A stretch of DNA of 41,186 nucleotides, from positions 1-41,186 of the IMG/VR virus record IMGVR_UViG_3300024921_000002; one strand, given 5' to 3'. Below the pieces are notes generated by a model, which saw only the letters and a list, made by a program, of their open reading frames with translations, made no database searches and was not told the DNA's origin. This DNA comes from a virus. The position numbers were made by a program, and so were the translations under genes. This document shows positions 29,161 to 37,250 of this stretch, piece after piece. Positions within the stretch are counted from its first letter, which is position 1; every line of letters starts with the position of its first letter.

Positions 29161-29515
29161 TCAGATGTTTAGTGCTATTGACAACGTCATTATGCAGGCC
29201 GTAGGTGATGACATCACGCTGACGCCGCCAACAGGTTTAGCGATTACGCCTAAATGCGTTTTAGATGCGCCTGGCGGGAAAAAAGGTGTGGGCAGAATTG
29301 AATGGATCGACAACATCATTGCCAAGGTAGACATCAGTAGTGTGATTGTGAATCTGCTTGAAAGTGATGTGCCTGGCCTCGGTAAAGGATGGTCGGCGGT
29401 GTATTTTGGTAAAGCCTATGACGTTTCAGAAGTATTGCCCAAAGGCGATGGCGTATTAGTTGTAATTTTAAATCAGCCCGGCAATACCACGGCTGTTGCA
29501 AACGGGTGGAGATAG
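29147..29515 (+). CDS. FII-like head-tail joining protein
   Basis: With a GTG start (AAGGGG 5 nt upstream), MDGFSQMFSAIDNVIMQAVG..ITLTP aligns by eye with lambda FII (MADFDNLFDAAIARADE..). The alternative start is the ATG at 29165. Confidence 0.5.
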   Translation: MDGFSQMFSAIDNVIMQAVGDDITLTPPTGLAITPKCVLDAPGGKKGVGRIEWIDNIIAKVDISSVIVNLLESDVPGLGKGWSAVYFGKAYDVSEVLPKGDGVLVVILNQPGNTTAVANGWR

Positions 29516-29519
29516 TTAC

Positions 29520-30083
29520 ATGGCAATAACCGGCGGCGTTGATACTGGGTTCTTGAGCCTAACGGTTGAGCAGGATGATATTGAGCGTCTTGTCCAGACC
29601 GTTTTGTCTCCGGCTGCGATAAAGCGCGTTCAGTCTCGGGGAATCAATGAGACAGCGGCGTGGATTAAGAGCCGCTTGCTTAGAGAGTTGCCCTCTGCGA
29701 CAGGCATCCCCAGAAAAGTATTGGCTCGCAGAATTAAGCAACGCAAGGCGCAAGCCAGCTTGGCCGATATTATCAGCGGCAAGGTTTGGCTGGGCATAAA
29801 CCCCATTGATGCCATGGCGTTAAACGATGGCGGTGCGGTTAATAGCGGTTATATGGCGGGTGATTTTTATTTTGAAGGCGGTTTTAAAGCCAAGATGAGA
29901 TCAGGCGCAACGGCAATTTTTGCGCGGACATCCCGCGCGCGGCTGCCCATCAAACGGCAAAATATCAAGATTGATAGCCCGTTTAATGAAGTCGTGCGTC
30001 GCTTAATTCCGCAAGCCGAGCGTGAGCTAGCCAGAAAAATGCAACGCTTAGTAAGTTACGAATTAGAAAGGGCGACACGATGA
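29520..30083 (+). CDS. gpZ-like tail completion protein
   Basis: INETAAWIKSRLLRELPSATGIPRKVLARRIKQRKA and RLPIKRQNIKIDSPFNEVVRRLIPQAERELARKMQ are collinear with lambda Z. GGTGGAG is the SD. Confidence 0.55.
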   Translation: MAITGGVDTGFLSLTVEQDDIERLVQTVLSPAAIKRVQSRGINETAAWIKSRLLRELPSATGIPRKVLARRIKQRKAQASLADIISGKVWLGINPIDAMALNDGGAVNSGYMAGDFYFEGGFKAKMRSGATAIFARTSRARLPIKRQNIKIDSPFNEVVRRLIPQAERELARKMQRLVSYELERATR

Positions 30084-30619
30084 CTACGTTATCCGAATTT
30101 CACGCCGCTATTCAAGCCAAAATAGCCGCGCATTTCGGTGTCAACATTAATACCGTTGCATGGTACGAGCAAGGCGAAACTGAATCAGGGCAGCCTACGC
30201 CTATTAAAACCCCGGCAATTATTTTAGAGCTGGAATCGGCTGATGAAGGCGACGATGTTGGCGACGATAGAACACCATTCGCTGCCCACATAACAGTCTA
30301 TTGCATACTGGGCCGCAAGACGCCCGATTTACAGATTCAGGTGCGGAGCTTTGCTGCACAGCTTTTCGCGCTGGTTAGAAAGAATAAATGGGGATTAGCT
30401 CATAGCGTCAGCTTTCCCAGCGCTCTGACTTCAGGAGAAGGCAAATTCGACCCTGAAAAGAACGGCTACGAATCATGGTATGTGTCCTGGAATCAAACTG
30501 TCTACTTAGGCGATGACGTATGGGATGGAACCGGCATACCCCCAACCGAAGTCTGGCTGGGCCTGTCGCCTGAGATCGGCATACCTTATGTCGATAAATA
30601 TATAAAGGAAGCGCCATGA
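30080..30619 (+). CDS. Tail terminator-like protein (gpU / DUF1834-like)
   Basis: Sits after the Z-like gene. SEFHAAIQAKI...TPAIILELESADEG...FAAHITVYCIL is loosely collinear with lambda U. Confidence 0.4.
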   Translation: MTTLSEFHAAIQAKIAAHFGVNINTVAWYEQGETESGQPTPIKTPAIILELESADEGDDVGDDRTPFAAHITVYCILGRKTPDLQIQVRSFAAQLFALVRKNKWGLAHSVSFPSALTSGEGKFDPEKNGYESWYVSWNQTVYLGDDVWDGTGIPPTEVWLGLSPEIGIPYVDKYIKEAP

Positions 30620-31194
30620 GCTTTGCTTTGACTGAACTTGACCGCCGCTTAAGCAACCTGATCCGCTTCGGAACTATAGCTCAGGCCGACTATGCGTCTG
30701 CGAAGGTGCGCGTTAAAGTTGCAGGCCCTCTGGATACACCTGTTTTAACGGATTGGCTACCCTGGATGACGCAACGGGCTGGCGGCGACATCAGCTGGCA
30801 TGCGCCCGAGGTTGGCGAGCAGGTGGTTATTTTGTCTCCGTCCGGCGAACTGAATCAAGGCGTGGTGCTGACTGGATTATTTCAGACGGCGCACCCTCAA
30901 CCGGTTAACACACCGGAAAAACAGCACACCTTATATAAAGATGGTGCAGTGATCGAATACGACCGGCAGGCGCATCATTTAAAAGCCGTATTGCCTACGG
31001 GCGCAACCGTTGAATTAATATCAACAGGAGGCGTGGCTATTACGGGTGATGTCACTGTTACCGGCAATATCAACGCCTCCGGCGAAATCACCGACCACAC
31101 CCGCAGCATGCAAGGTGACCGGAATATTTACAACGGACATACGCATAGCGATCCGCAAAGCGGCAGTGTTGCGGCGACAGGACAGACTCAATGA
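30616..31194 (+). CDS. Baseplate assembly protein V (spike/hub)
   Basis: LIRFGTIAQADYASAKVRVKV...TDWLPWMTQRAGGDISWHAPEVGEQVVILSPSGELNQGVVLTGLF is the P2 gpV pattern. Confidence 0.8.
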   Translation: MSFALTELDRRLSNLIRFGTIAQADYASAKVRVKVAGPLDTPVLTDWLPWMTQRAGGDISWHAPEVGEQVVILSPSGELNQGVVLTGLFQTAHPQPVNTPEKQHTLYKDGAVIEYDRQAHHLKAVLPTGATVELISTGGVAITGDVTVTGNINASGEITDHTRSMQGDRNIYNGHTHSDPQSGSVAATGQTQ

Positions 31195-31529
31195 TCGGCG
31201 TTGACAACCAAAGCGGCAAGGCGCTGGCAGGTCTCGACCACCTGAAACAGTCCATCCGCGACATTCTGACCACGCCTATCGGCACACGGGTGATGCGCCG
31301 CGATTACGGCTCCCGCTTATTCGAGTTGATTGATGCCCCGATGAACGGCACAACGATTATTGACATTGTCGCGGCCACAGCCGAGGCGCTGGATAAGTGG
31401 GAACCTCGCATCATCGTTGACCGCGTGGCGCTGGACAATGGCGCAGAAAACGGGCGCATTGCGCTGACCCTGTTCGGCAAATACCGGCCGGATGGCTCGG
31501 CAATCAAACTTGACGGCATTATCTTATGA
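31191..31529 (+). CDS. Baseplate protein W (GPW/gp25 family)
   Basis: IRDILTTPIGTRVMRRDYGSRLFELIDAP. Confidence 0.8.
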   Translation: MIGVDNQSGKALAGLDHLKQSIRDILTTPIGTRVMRRDYGSRLFELIDAPMNGTTIIDIVAATAEALDKWEPRIIVDRVALDNGAENGRIALTLFGKYRPDGSAIKLDGIIL

Positions 31530-32482
31530 ATTTTACGCCAATCGACTTATCGCAGATCGCCGCTCCGGACATCGTTGAGACGCTGAGCTTTGAAACGATA
31601 TTCGCCGAGATGCTTGCCGATTTGCAGGCCCGTGACACCAGTTTCACTGCATTGCTGGAATCAGATCCTGCATACAAGATACTTGAAGTGGCCGCCTACC
31701 GCGAACTGATCATCCGCCAGCGCGTTAATGATGCCGCGCGCGGCGTGATGCTGTCCACAGCGACGGGTACAGACCTGGACCAGCTGGCGGCCAACTTCAA
31801 CGTCAGCCGGTTATTGATCACCCCAGCCGATCCCTTAGCCATTCCGCCGGTTGAAGCCGTTTATGAAAGCAACAGCGCATTAAGGGCTCGCGCTCAGCTG
31901 GCTTTCGAGGGCTTAAGCACCGCAGGCCCCGTCAACAGTTATATTTTCCACGCCATGACGGCATCGGGGCTCGTAAAGGATGCCGATGTCGATGCGGTGA
32001 CATTCCATTTGGACGGCAGCAGTGCCGTAGTCATCGATTATGCCGCTAATCTGGCAACGCCCGAGCCCGGCAATGTCGCAGTCACTGTGCTGTCAACCGC
32101 CGGCGACGGTACGGCTGACGCAGGGCTTTTAGCGGCCGTTACCGCGGCCGTTAATAGTGAAACCGTGCGCCCATTGACCGACCGGGTTGTGGTGCGCTCG
32201 GCGGAAATTGTCAATTATGCCGTGACCGCCACCCTGTATTTTTATGGCGGCCCCAGCAGCGCGACCGTGTTGGCCGCCGCGACTGCCGCGCTTAACGCCT
32301 ACATCGCCAGCCAGCGCAAGATCGGTTACGACGTGACCCGCTCCGGCCTGTTCGCTGCCTTACATCAGCCCGGCGTGCAGAATGTCACGCTGACCAGTCC
32401 CGCCACCGATGTTGTTATCGGCAACCATCAGTCCGCGTATTGCACCGCTGTAACGCTGACCAATGGAGGTGTCGGTGTCTAG
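31526..32482 (+). CDS. Baseplate protein J
   Basis: 318 aa, positioned between W and I. N-terminal ..FETIFAEMLADLQAR...DPAYKILEVAAYRELIIRQRVNDAAR. Confidence 0.8.
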   Translation: MNFTPIDLSQIAAPDIVETLSFETIFAEMLADLQARDTSFTALLESDPAYKILEVAAYRELIIRQRVNDAARGVMLSTATGTDLDQLAANFNVSRLLITPADPLAIPPVEAVYESNSALRARAQLAFEGLSTAGPVNSYIFHAMTASGLVKDADVDAVTFHLDGSSAVVIDYAANLATPEPGNVAVTVLSTAGDGTADAGLLAAVTAAVNSETVRPLTDRVVVRSAEIVNYAVTATLYFYGGPSSATVLAAATAALNAYIASQRKIGYDVTRSGLFAALHQPGVQNVTLTSPATDVVIGNHQSAYCTAVTLTNGGVGV

Positions 32483-33038
32483 TTTGCTGCCACCTAACGC
32501 CAATACGCACGAGCATGCGCTGGATGATGCAGCTGCGCGCTTGGGCGCGGTCCCCGTTGACATTGTTAAATTGTGGAATCCGCAAACCTGTCCCGTGGCA
32601 TTTCTTCCCTGGCTGGCTTGGGCGCTTTCGGTCGATGAATGGGATGAAACCTGGACCGAAGCGCAAAAACGCAATACGTGTGCTGCCAGCTATGACGTGC
32701 ATAGTCATAAGGGTACGCCTCATGCAATCCGCGCGGCATTGTCGGCGCTGGGTTATGACAATATTACTATCAAGGAAGGTACGGTTAATTACTATAACGG
32801 CGCGCACACCTATGACGGCAGTTGGACTTATGGTGCTGACAGTGCATGGCCGATGTTCGATGTGATCTTGAATATTGGTCTGTCGCCCGATGCCGCCATG
32901 ATCCAGAAAATACGCGACCGCATCCACCGTTATAAAAACGCCAGATCGATGCTGCGCAACTTGATTTTTATGAACCTCCTTTATGACAATACGGTGATTT
33001 ATGATGGAACCTATCAATACAATGGCGGGGTGCTGTAA
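32475..33038 (+). CDS. Tail protein I (baseplate wedge)
   Basis: GTG start with GGAGG 5 nt upstream; the alternative is the ATG at 32463. SSLLPPNANTHEHALDDAAARL...VAFLPWLAWALSVDEWD is the P2 gpI pattern. Confidence 0.8.
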   Translation: MSSLLPPNANTHEHALDDAAARLGAVPVDIVKLWNPQTCPVAFLPWLAWALSVDEWDETWTEAQKRNTCAASYDVHSHKGTPHAIRAALSALGYDNITIKEGTVNYYNGAHTYDGSWTYGADSAWPMFDVILNIGLSPDAAMIQKIRDRIHRYKNARSMLRNLIFMNLLYDNTVIYDGTYQYNGGVL

Positions 33039-33892
33039 TGGCTGATCTACCCGAGTCGGCAACATTTGACGCCGGTGTTTACCAAATTGAAACTACGGAT
33101 GCAGTAGTCGGCGGCGCAGACGGAAAAGCGAATGCCTCAGCAAGAAACCTGGCTAACCGGACGATCTATTTAAAACAGCAGGTAGATGCGCTTGGGACTG
33201 TCGTTTCTCAAGCCGAGGCTGAGGCCGGAGCAGCTACAACAGTAAGGGGCTGGACTGCGCTACGGGTCAGGCAGGCAATTAATGTGGCGGTAGCCGCCGT
33301 CGTTAACTCAGCGCCTTCAGTGCTTGACACACTATCCGAATTAGCCGCCGCGCTCGGTAACGATGCTAATTTTGCTACGACAATCACTACTGCATTAGCA
33401 GCCAAAGCGCCTCTTGCGTCACCCGCGCTGACCGGAAATCCAACTGCGCCAACGGCAGCCGTTGGCGACAATGATTCATCAATAGCCAATACCGAGTTTG
33501 TGCAGTCGGAACTAATTAATTATGCCAAATTAGCTGGGCTTTCTACACAACCGTTCAGCGCCGCTAATGCATCAGGCATTAATAACGTCATAGCGTTAGG
33601 GCAAATCCTCGGTAATTTCAGCCCATCAGGTTTTTTAAATTTTCCATTTTGGGACGGCAGTCAATTACGTACGGGTATTTTTCAGTGGACACAAGTAGTT
33701 TGTGCAACCGGTGGCGTAGTTCAGGGCATCACGTTGCCAATCGCATTCCCCAATGCAATTAGCCAGGTTTATGGATGCGCTACTGGAACTAATCAATACG
33801 CGTTTGCAACCGCTTGGACTACTCTCGCGGCAGTACAAGGCTCGAATAATCAAACTGGCGGCGGTATTGCTGTTTTTGCGATAGGTTATTAA
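33038..33892 (+). CDS. Tail fibre protein
   Basis: The N-terminus ..FDAGVYQIETTDAVVGGADGKANASARNLANRTIYLK matches the conserved P2 gpH-type fibre N-terminus. The centre is Ala-rich and repetitive. Confidence 0.75.
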   Translation: MADLPESATFDAGVYQIETTDAVVGGADGKANASARNLANRTIYLKQQVDALGTVVSQAEAEAGAATTVRGWTALRVRQAINVAVAAVVNSAPSVLDTLSELAAALGNDANFATTITTALAAKAPLASPALTGNPTAPTAAVGDNDSSIANTEFVQSELINYAKLAGLSTQPFSAANASGINNVIALGQILGNFSPSGFLNFPFWDGSQLRTGIFQWTQVVCATGGVVQGITLPIAFPNAISQVYGCATGTNQYAFATAWTTLAAVQGSNNQTGGGIAVFAIGY

Positions 33893-33893
33893 T

Positions 33894-34442
33894 ATGAAGT
33901 ATGCACAATTCGACCCCTCAGCCGCATCCCCTCAGCCTGTTATCGGTTGGTATGACACGGACGAATTCGATTACCAAAACTTACCTGACGACTCTGATCT
34001 ATTAACGCTAACACAGGCGCAATGGGATAGCCGTTTCAATACGCCGTTTGTTAACGGCGGTACATTGGTTGCGGCTCCTATTTTGCCCGCCGCACAAAAA
34101 AAACAGATAGCATTGCTCACTCAGTCCTATCTAACCGCAATTTCTCAGCCTGTCAGCTATACATCAGCCGGTGGAATTACCAAGTTATTTCAAGCGGATC
34201 CGTCCAGTATTAGCAACTTACAAAATGTGACGATTGGGCTAGCGAAAGCTGGCGATACCCCCCCCGGTTTTTATTGGATGGCGGCTGACAATACACAAGT
34301 CCCATTTACGTATGCTGATTTACAAGGGTTGGCGGAGGCTATATTGATTCAAGGATGGACAGCGTTTCAGCATTTGCAATCGCAAAAGGCGGCAGTCGGT
34401 GTCGCAACTACGCTAACCGATGTGGAAAGCGTAGTTTGGTAA
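33894..34442 (+). CDS. Putative tail fibre assembly/chaperone protein (DUF4376-like)
   Basis: Sits immediately after the fibre gene. 182 aa. No strong motif. Confidence 0.4.
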   Translation: MKYAQFDPSAASPQPVIGWYDTDEFDYQNLPDDSDLLTLTQAQWDSRFNTPFVNGGTLVAAPILPAAQKKQIALLTQSYLTAISQPVSYTSAGGITKLFQADPSSISNLQNVTIGLAKAGDTPPGFYWMAADNTQVPFTYADLQGLAEAILIQGWTAFQHLQSQKAAVGVATTLTDVESVVW

Positions 34443-34481
34443 TAATATCCGCACTCAATTTAATCACCTGGAGCTAAAACC

Positions 34482-35981
34482 ATGCCCGAGCAATTTTTAC
34501 ACGGCGTCGAAATCGTTGAAATAGACGATGGCGCACGCCCCATCAGCACCGTTAAATCATCCGTTATCGGGTTGATCGGCACCGCACCGAACAGCGCCCC
34601 GGCAACGACCGCAAGTCTGTTAACCGGCGTAGTCACCAGTAATAACGCTATCACTTATACCGCCGTAACACCGGGTAAGCCGGGCAACGACATTACCGTG
34701 CATCATAAAGACCCTAAGGCCAATAGCCAGGCGCTCAGCGTATCTGTCAGCGGCACGGCGATTACCGTTAACCTTGCTACCGGCGTTACCGGAACAATTA
34801 CATCAACCGCTGCGCAAGTCATAACGGCCATTACCGCCAGCGCCGCCGCGGCTTTATTGATTGCGGCTGCCAACACTGGCGTATCAACCGGCGCTGTTGC
34901 CGTGGGAGCCTCGGTAAAAGCGCAAGCCCTGTCGGGCGGCGCTGATGAGGCCTTTCCGCTTAATATCCCGGTGTTGGTAACGGGTAGCCGTAACGCCGCC
35001 GCAGGTCTGGATACAGTGGGCGATAAACTGGGTACGCTGCCGGATGCCATGGATGATATTTTCGACCAGTGCGGCGCTATGGTTGTGGTTCTCAGGGTTG
35101 CCGAAGGTATCGATGCTGCCGCCACTAAAACCAACATCATTGGCGGCATCAATGCGGGTGTGCAGGTATTTTTAAACGCCGAGTCGGTTGTTAAAGTAAA
35201 GCCGCGCATTCTGATTGCTCCAGGGTTTTCGCACGAAGTCGCGGTAGTATCCGAGCTGCTGGGCATTGCCGATCGGTTGAAGGCGGTTATTTTGGCTGAC
35301 GGGCCAAATACCGACGATGCCGCAGCAATCAGTTTCCGTGAAAACTTCGGCAGTAAGCGCGTTTATGTCATCGATCCGCAGGTTAAGGTCTGGGATACCG
35401 TCAGCAATTCCGAAGTCAACCGTCCTGCCTCGGCACGGGTGGCTGGCATAATCGCCAAGTCAGACAACGAGCGTGGTTTCTGGTGGAGTCCATCTAACCG
35501 GGATATTTACGGCATTACCGGAACCAGCCGACAAATCGACTTTGCGCTGGGCGATGTCAACGCACGTGCTAACTATCTGAATGAAAACGAAGTGGCCACT
35601 ATCATTCAGAAGGACGGTTATCGCTTGTGGGGAAACCGCACTTGCTCCGCTGATCAAAAGTGGGCGTTTTTGTCGGTAGTCAGAACGGCGGACATGATTC
35701 ACGAGTCGCTTCTGGCTGCTCACATGTGGGCCGTAGACCGCAACATTACCAAAACCTACCTTGAAGATGTTGTAGAGGGTGTGAATAGCTACTTGCGTCA
35801 CCTGGTAGCTGTCGGGGCAGTTCTGGGCGGCCACTGCTGGGCCGATCCTGACCTGAACACGCCTGATCAGGTCAGTCAGGGCAAGGTCTATTTCGATTTC
35901 GACTTCACCCCGCCATATCCGGCTGAGCACATTACGTTCCGCAGCCATTTGGTCAACGATTACATTAAGGAATTATTCTAA
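34482..35981 (+). CDS. Contractile tail sheath protein
   Basis: 499 aa. The N-terminus FLHGVEIVEIDDGARPISTVKSSVIGLIGTAP and the C-terminal ..WGNRT....W.FLSV.R is the FI/sheath pattern. Confidence 0.85.
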   Translation: MPEQFLHGVEIVEIDDGARPISTVKSSVIGLIGTAPNSAPATTASLLTGVVTSNNAITYTAVTPGKPGNDITVHHKDPKANSQALSVSVSGTAITVNLATGVTGTITSTAAQVITAITASAAAALLIAAANTGVSTGAVAVGASVKAQALSGGADEAFPLNIPVLVTGSRNAAAGLDTVGDKLGTLPDAMDDIFDQCGAMVVVLRVAEGIDAAATKTNIIGGINAGVQVFLNAESVVKVKPRILIAPGFSHEVAVVSELLGIADRLKAVILADGPNTDDAAAISFRENFGSKRVYVIDPQVKVWDTVSNSEVNRPASARVAGIIAKSDNERGFWWSPSNRDIYGITGTSRQIDFALGDVNARANYLNENEVATIIQKDGYRLWGNRTCSADQKWAFLSVVRTADMIHESLLAAHMWAVDRNITKTYLEDVVEGVNSYLRHLVAVGAVLGGHCWADPDLNTPDQVSQGKVYFDFDFTPPYPAEHITFRSHLVNDYIKELF

Positions 35982-36484
35982 TGTTGAACGATATTTTAAA
36001 GAATTTAAACCTGTTCGCTGACGGTCGCGGCTATGCCGGTAACGTCGAGGAACTGAACCCGCCCAAGCTGACCATGAAGACCGAAGAGTTCCGCAACGGC
36101 GGCATGGATGCGCCGGTGGAAGTTGAAATGGGCATGGATAAATTGGAGGCTTCATTCTCTTTGACCAAATACGATGCCGATGTATTGAAGATTTTCGGCC
36201 TTGCGCCCGGCAACACCAAGCCGCTGACCTTTCGCGGCTCACTCAGCGGCGAGGATGGCGTCGAAAAACCGGTCATCATCCAAATGACCGGCATGCTGAA
36301 AGAAATGGACCCCGGCAGCTGGAAGCCGGGCGACAAAGCCAACCTTAAGGTTACGGTCGCGGTGCGCTATTACAAGCACACGATTAACGGCGAAGTCGTG
36401 CATGAAATTGATGTGCCGAACATGATTCGCATCGTTAATGGCGTGGATCAGCTGGCAGTTACCCGCAAGAACCTGGGGATGTAA
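35981..36484 (+). CDS. Tail tube protein
   Basis: MLNDILKNLNLFADGRGYAGNVEELNPPKLTMKTEEFRNGGMD is the P2 FII / Mu tube pattern. Confidence 0.85.
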   Translation: MLNDILKNLNLFADGRGYAGNVEELNPPKLTMKTEEFRNGGMDAPVEVEMGMDKLEASFSLTKYDADVLKIFGLAPGNTKPLTFRGSLSGEDGVEKPVIIQMTGMLKEMDPGSWKPGDKANLKVTVAVRYYKHTINGEVVHEIDVPNMIRIVNGVDQLAVTRKNLGM

Positions 36485-36631
36485 ATGAGTGACTATAGCG
36501 TCGAGAAAGCGTTTGAAGGGCATGCCGTGGGTGATGTCATCCCGCTAAACAGCAGACAGGCAAAATACTTGCTGTTGTCTGGGCATATTAAATTGAAACT
36601 GGCTGAAAAGCCCAAAACTGAGGATAAATAA
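36485..36631 (+). CDS. 48-aa ORF between the tube and chaperone genes
   Basis: Hand translation: MSDYSVEKAFEGHAVGDVIPLNSRQAKYLLLSGHIKLKLAEKPKTEDK*. GGGGA is the SD. It fills the gap exactly. Confidence 0.35.
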   Translation: MSDYSVEKAFEGHAVGDVIPLNSRQAKYLLLSGHIKLKLAEKPKTEDK

Positions 36632-36871
36632 ATGAGTGAAGCTACCAGCCTGCAACTGCAATATCCGCTTGAAAACGGCATCACCAATATCACCATGCGC
36701 CGCCCTAAAGTGCGCGACATGCTGGCGTCCGATAAAGCCAAAGGCAGCGATGCGGAAAAGGAAATCGCTTTGTTCACCAACCTGTGCGAAGTGGCGCCGG
36801 TCGATATTGAATCACTGGATATGGTCGATTACCAGGCACTGCAAAAGGCGTATCAGGGTTTTTTGTCTTAA
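36632..36871 (+). CDS. Tail assembly chaperone E
   Basis: LQYPLENGITNITMRRPKVRDML...DAEKEIALFTNLCEV.P..IE.LDM.DY..LQ is the P2 gpE pattern. Confidence 0.8.
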   Translation: MSEATSLQLQYPLENGITNITMRRPKVRDMLASDKAKGSDAEKEIALFTNLCEVAPVDIESLDMVDYQALQKAYQGFLS

Positions 36872-37014
36872 CGGCTAAGGACGCTCGTGTGGGCTGCGTA
36901 GTATTGGCCTCCCACACCGGCTGGCCGCTCAATGAGCTGTTGGAGCTGACTGGCGAAGAGCTGATCGAATGGCTTGAGGCAGTGAAAACAGTGCAGCCAA
37001 AACCGCGACGCTGA
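36632..37014 (+). CDS. Tail assembly chaperone E+E' (programmed -1 frameshift product)
   Basis: After a slip on T_TTT_TTG (36859-36865), the -1 frame reads VLTAKDARVGCVVLASHTGWPLNELLELTGEELIEWLEAVKTVQPKPRR* up to the TGA at 37012-37014. The frame is open, and its length and position match gpE'. Confidence 0.7.
36859..36865 (+). promoter_or_regulatory. -1 ribosomal frameshift heptamer T_TTT_TTG
   Basis: Zero-frame codons are GGT TTT TTG, 2 codons before the E stop. This is the canonical X_XXY_YYZ form. Confidence 0.7.
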
Positions 37015-37198
37015 CAAAATACGGCAGGAACAGTAACAGGGCGGCAATGGGTGCGACAACAGCCGATGCAATCAGTGCCGCCCATAATGGGCCATTGCCC
37101 TGGATCATAGCAGCAACGCAACCAATAAAGGCGATGGCGATAATTGTTTGCGGGTGATACGTCCAGCCCACAACGCGATCAAAAATAGATTTAGGCAT
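36929..37198 (-). CDS. Antisense small membrane protein (moron) between the chaperone and tape-measure genes
   Basis: The strong SD AAGGAGG lies 4 nt upstream of the ATG at 37198. 89 aa with 2-3 hydrophobic helices (TIIAIAFIGCVAAMI, LWAALIASAVVAPIAALLLFLPYFVSVAVLAALF). Its 3' end overlaps E' antisense. Confidence 0.6.
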   Translation of the reverse strand: MPKSIFDRVVGWTYHPQTIIAIAFIGCVAAMIQGNGPLWAALIASAVVAPIAALLLFLPYFVSVAVLAALFSLPQAIRSALRQSAPTAH

Positions 37199-37250
37199 AA
37201 ATCCTCCTTCTGGAATGAGTTAAGTATAGTCAATCAGGTTAAGTTTTGTC

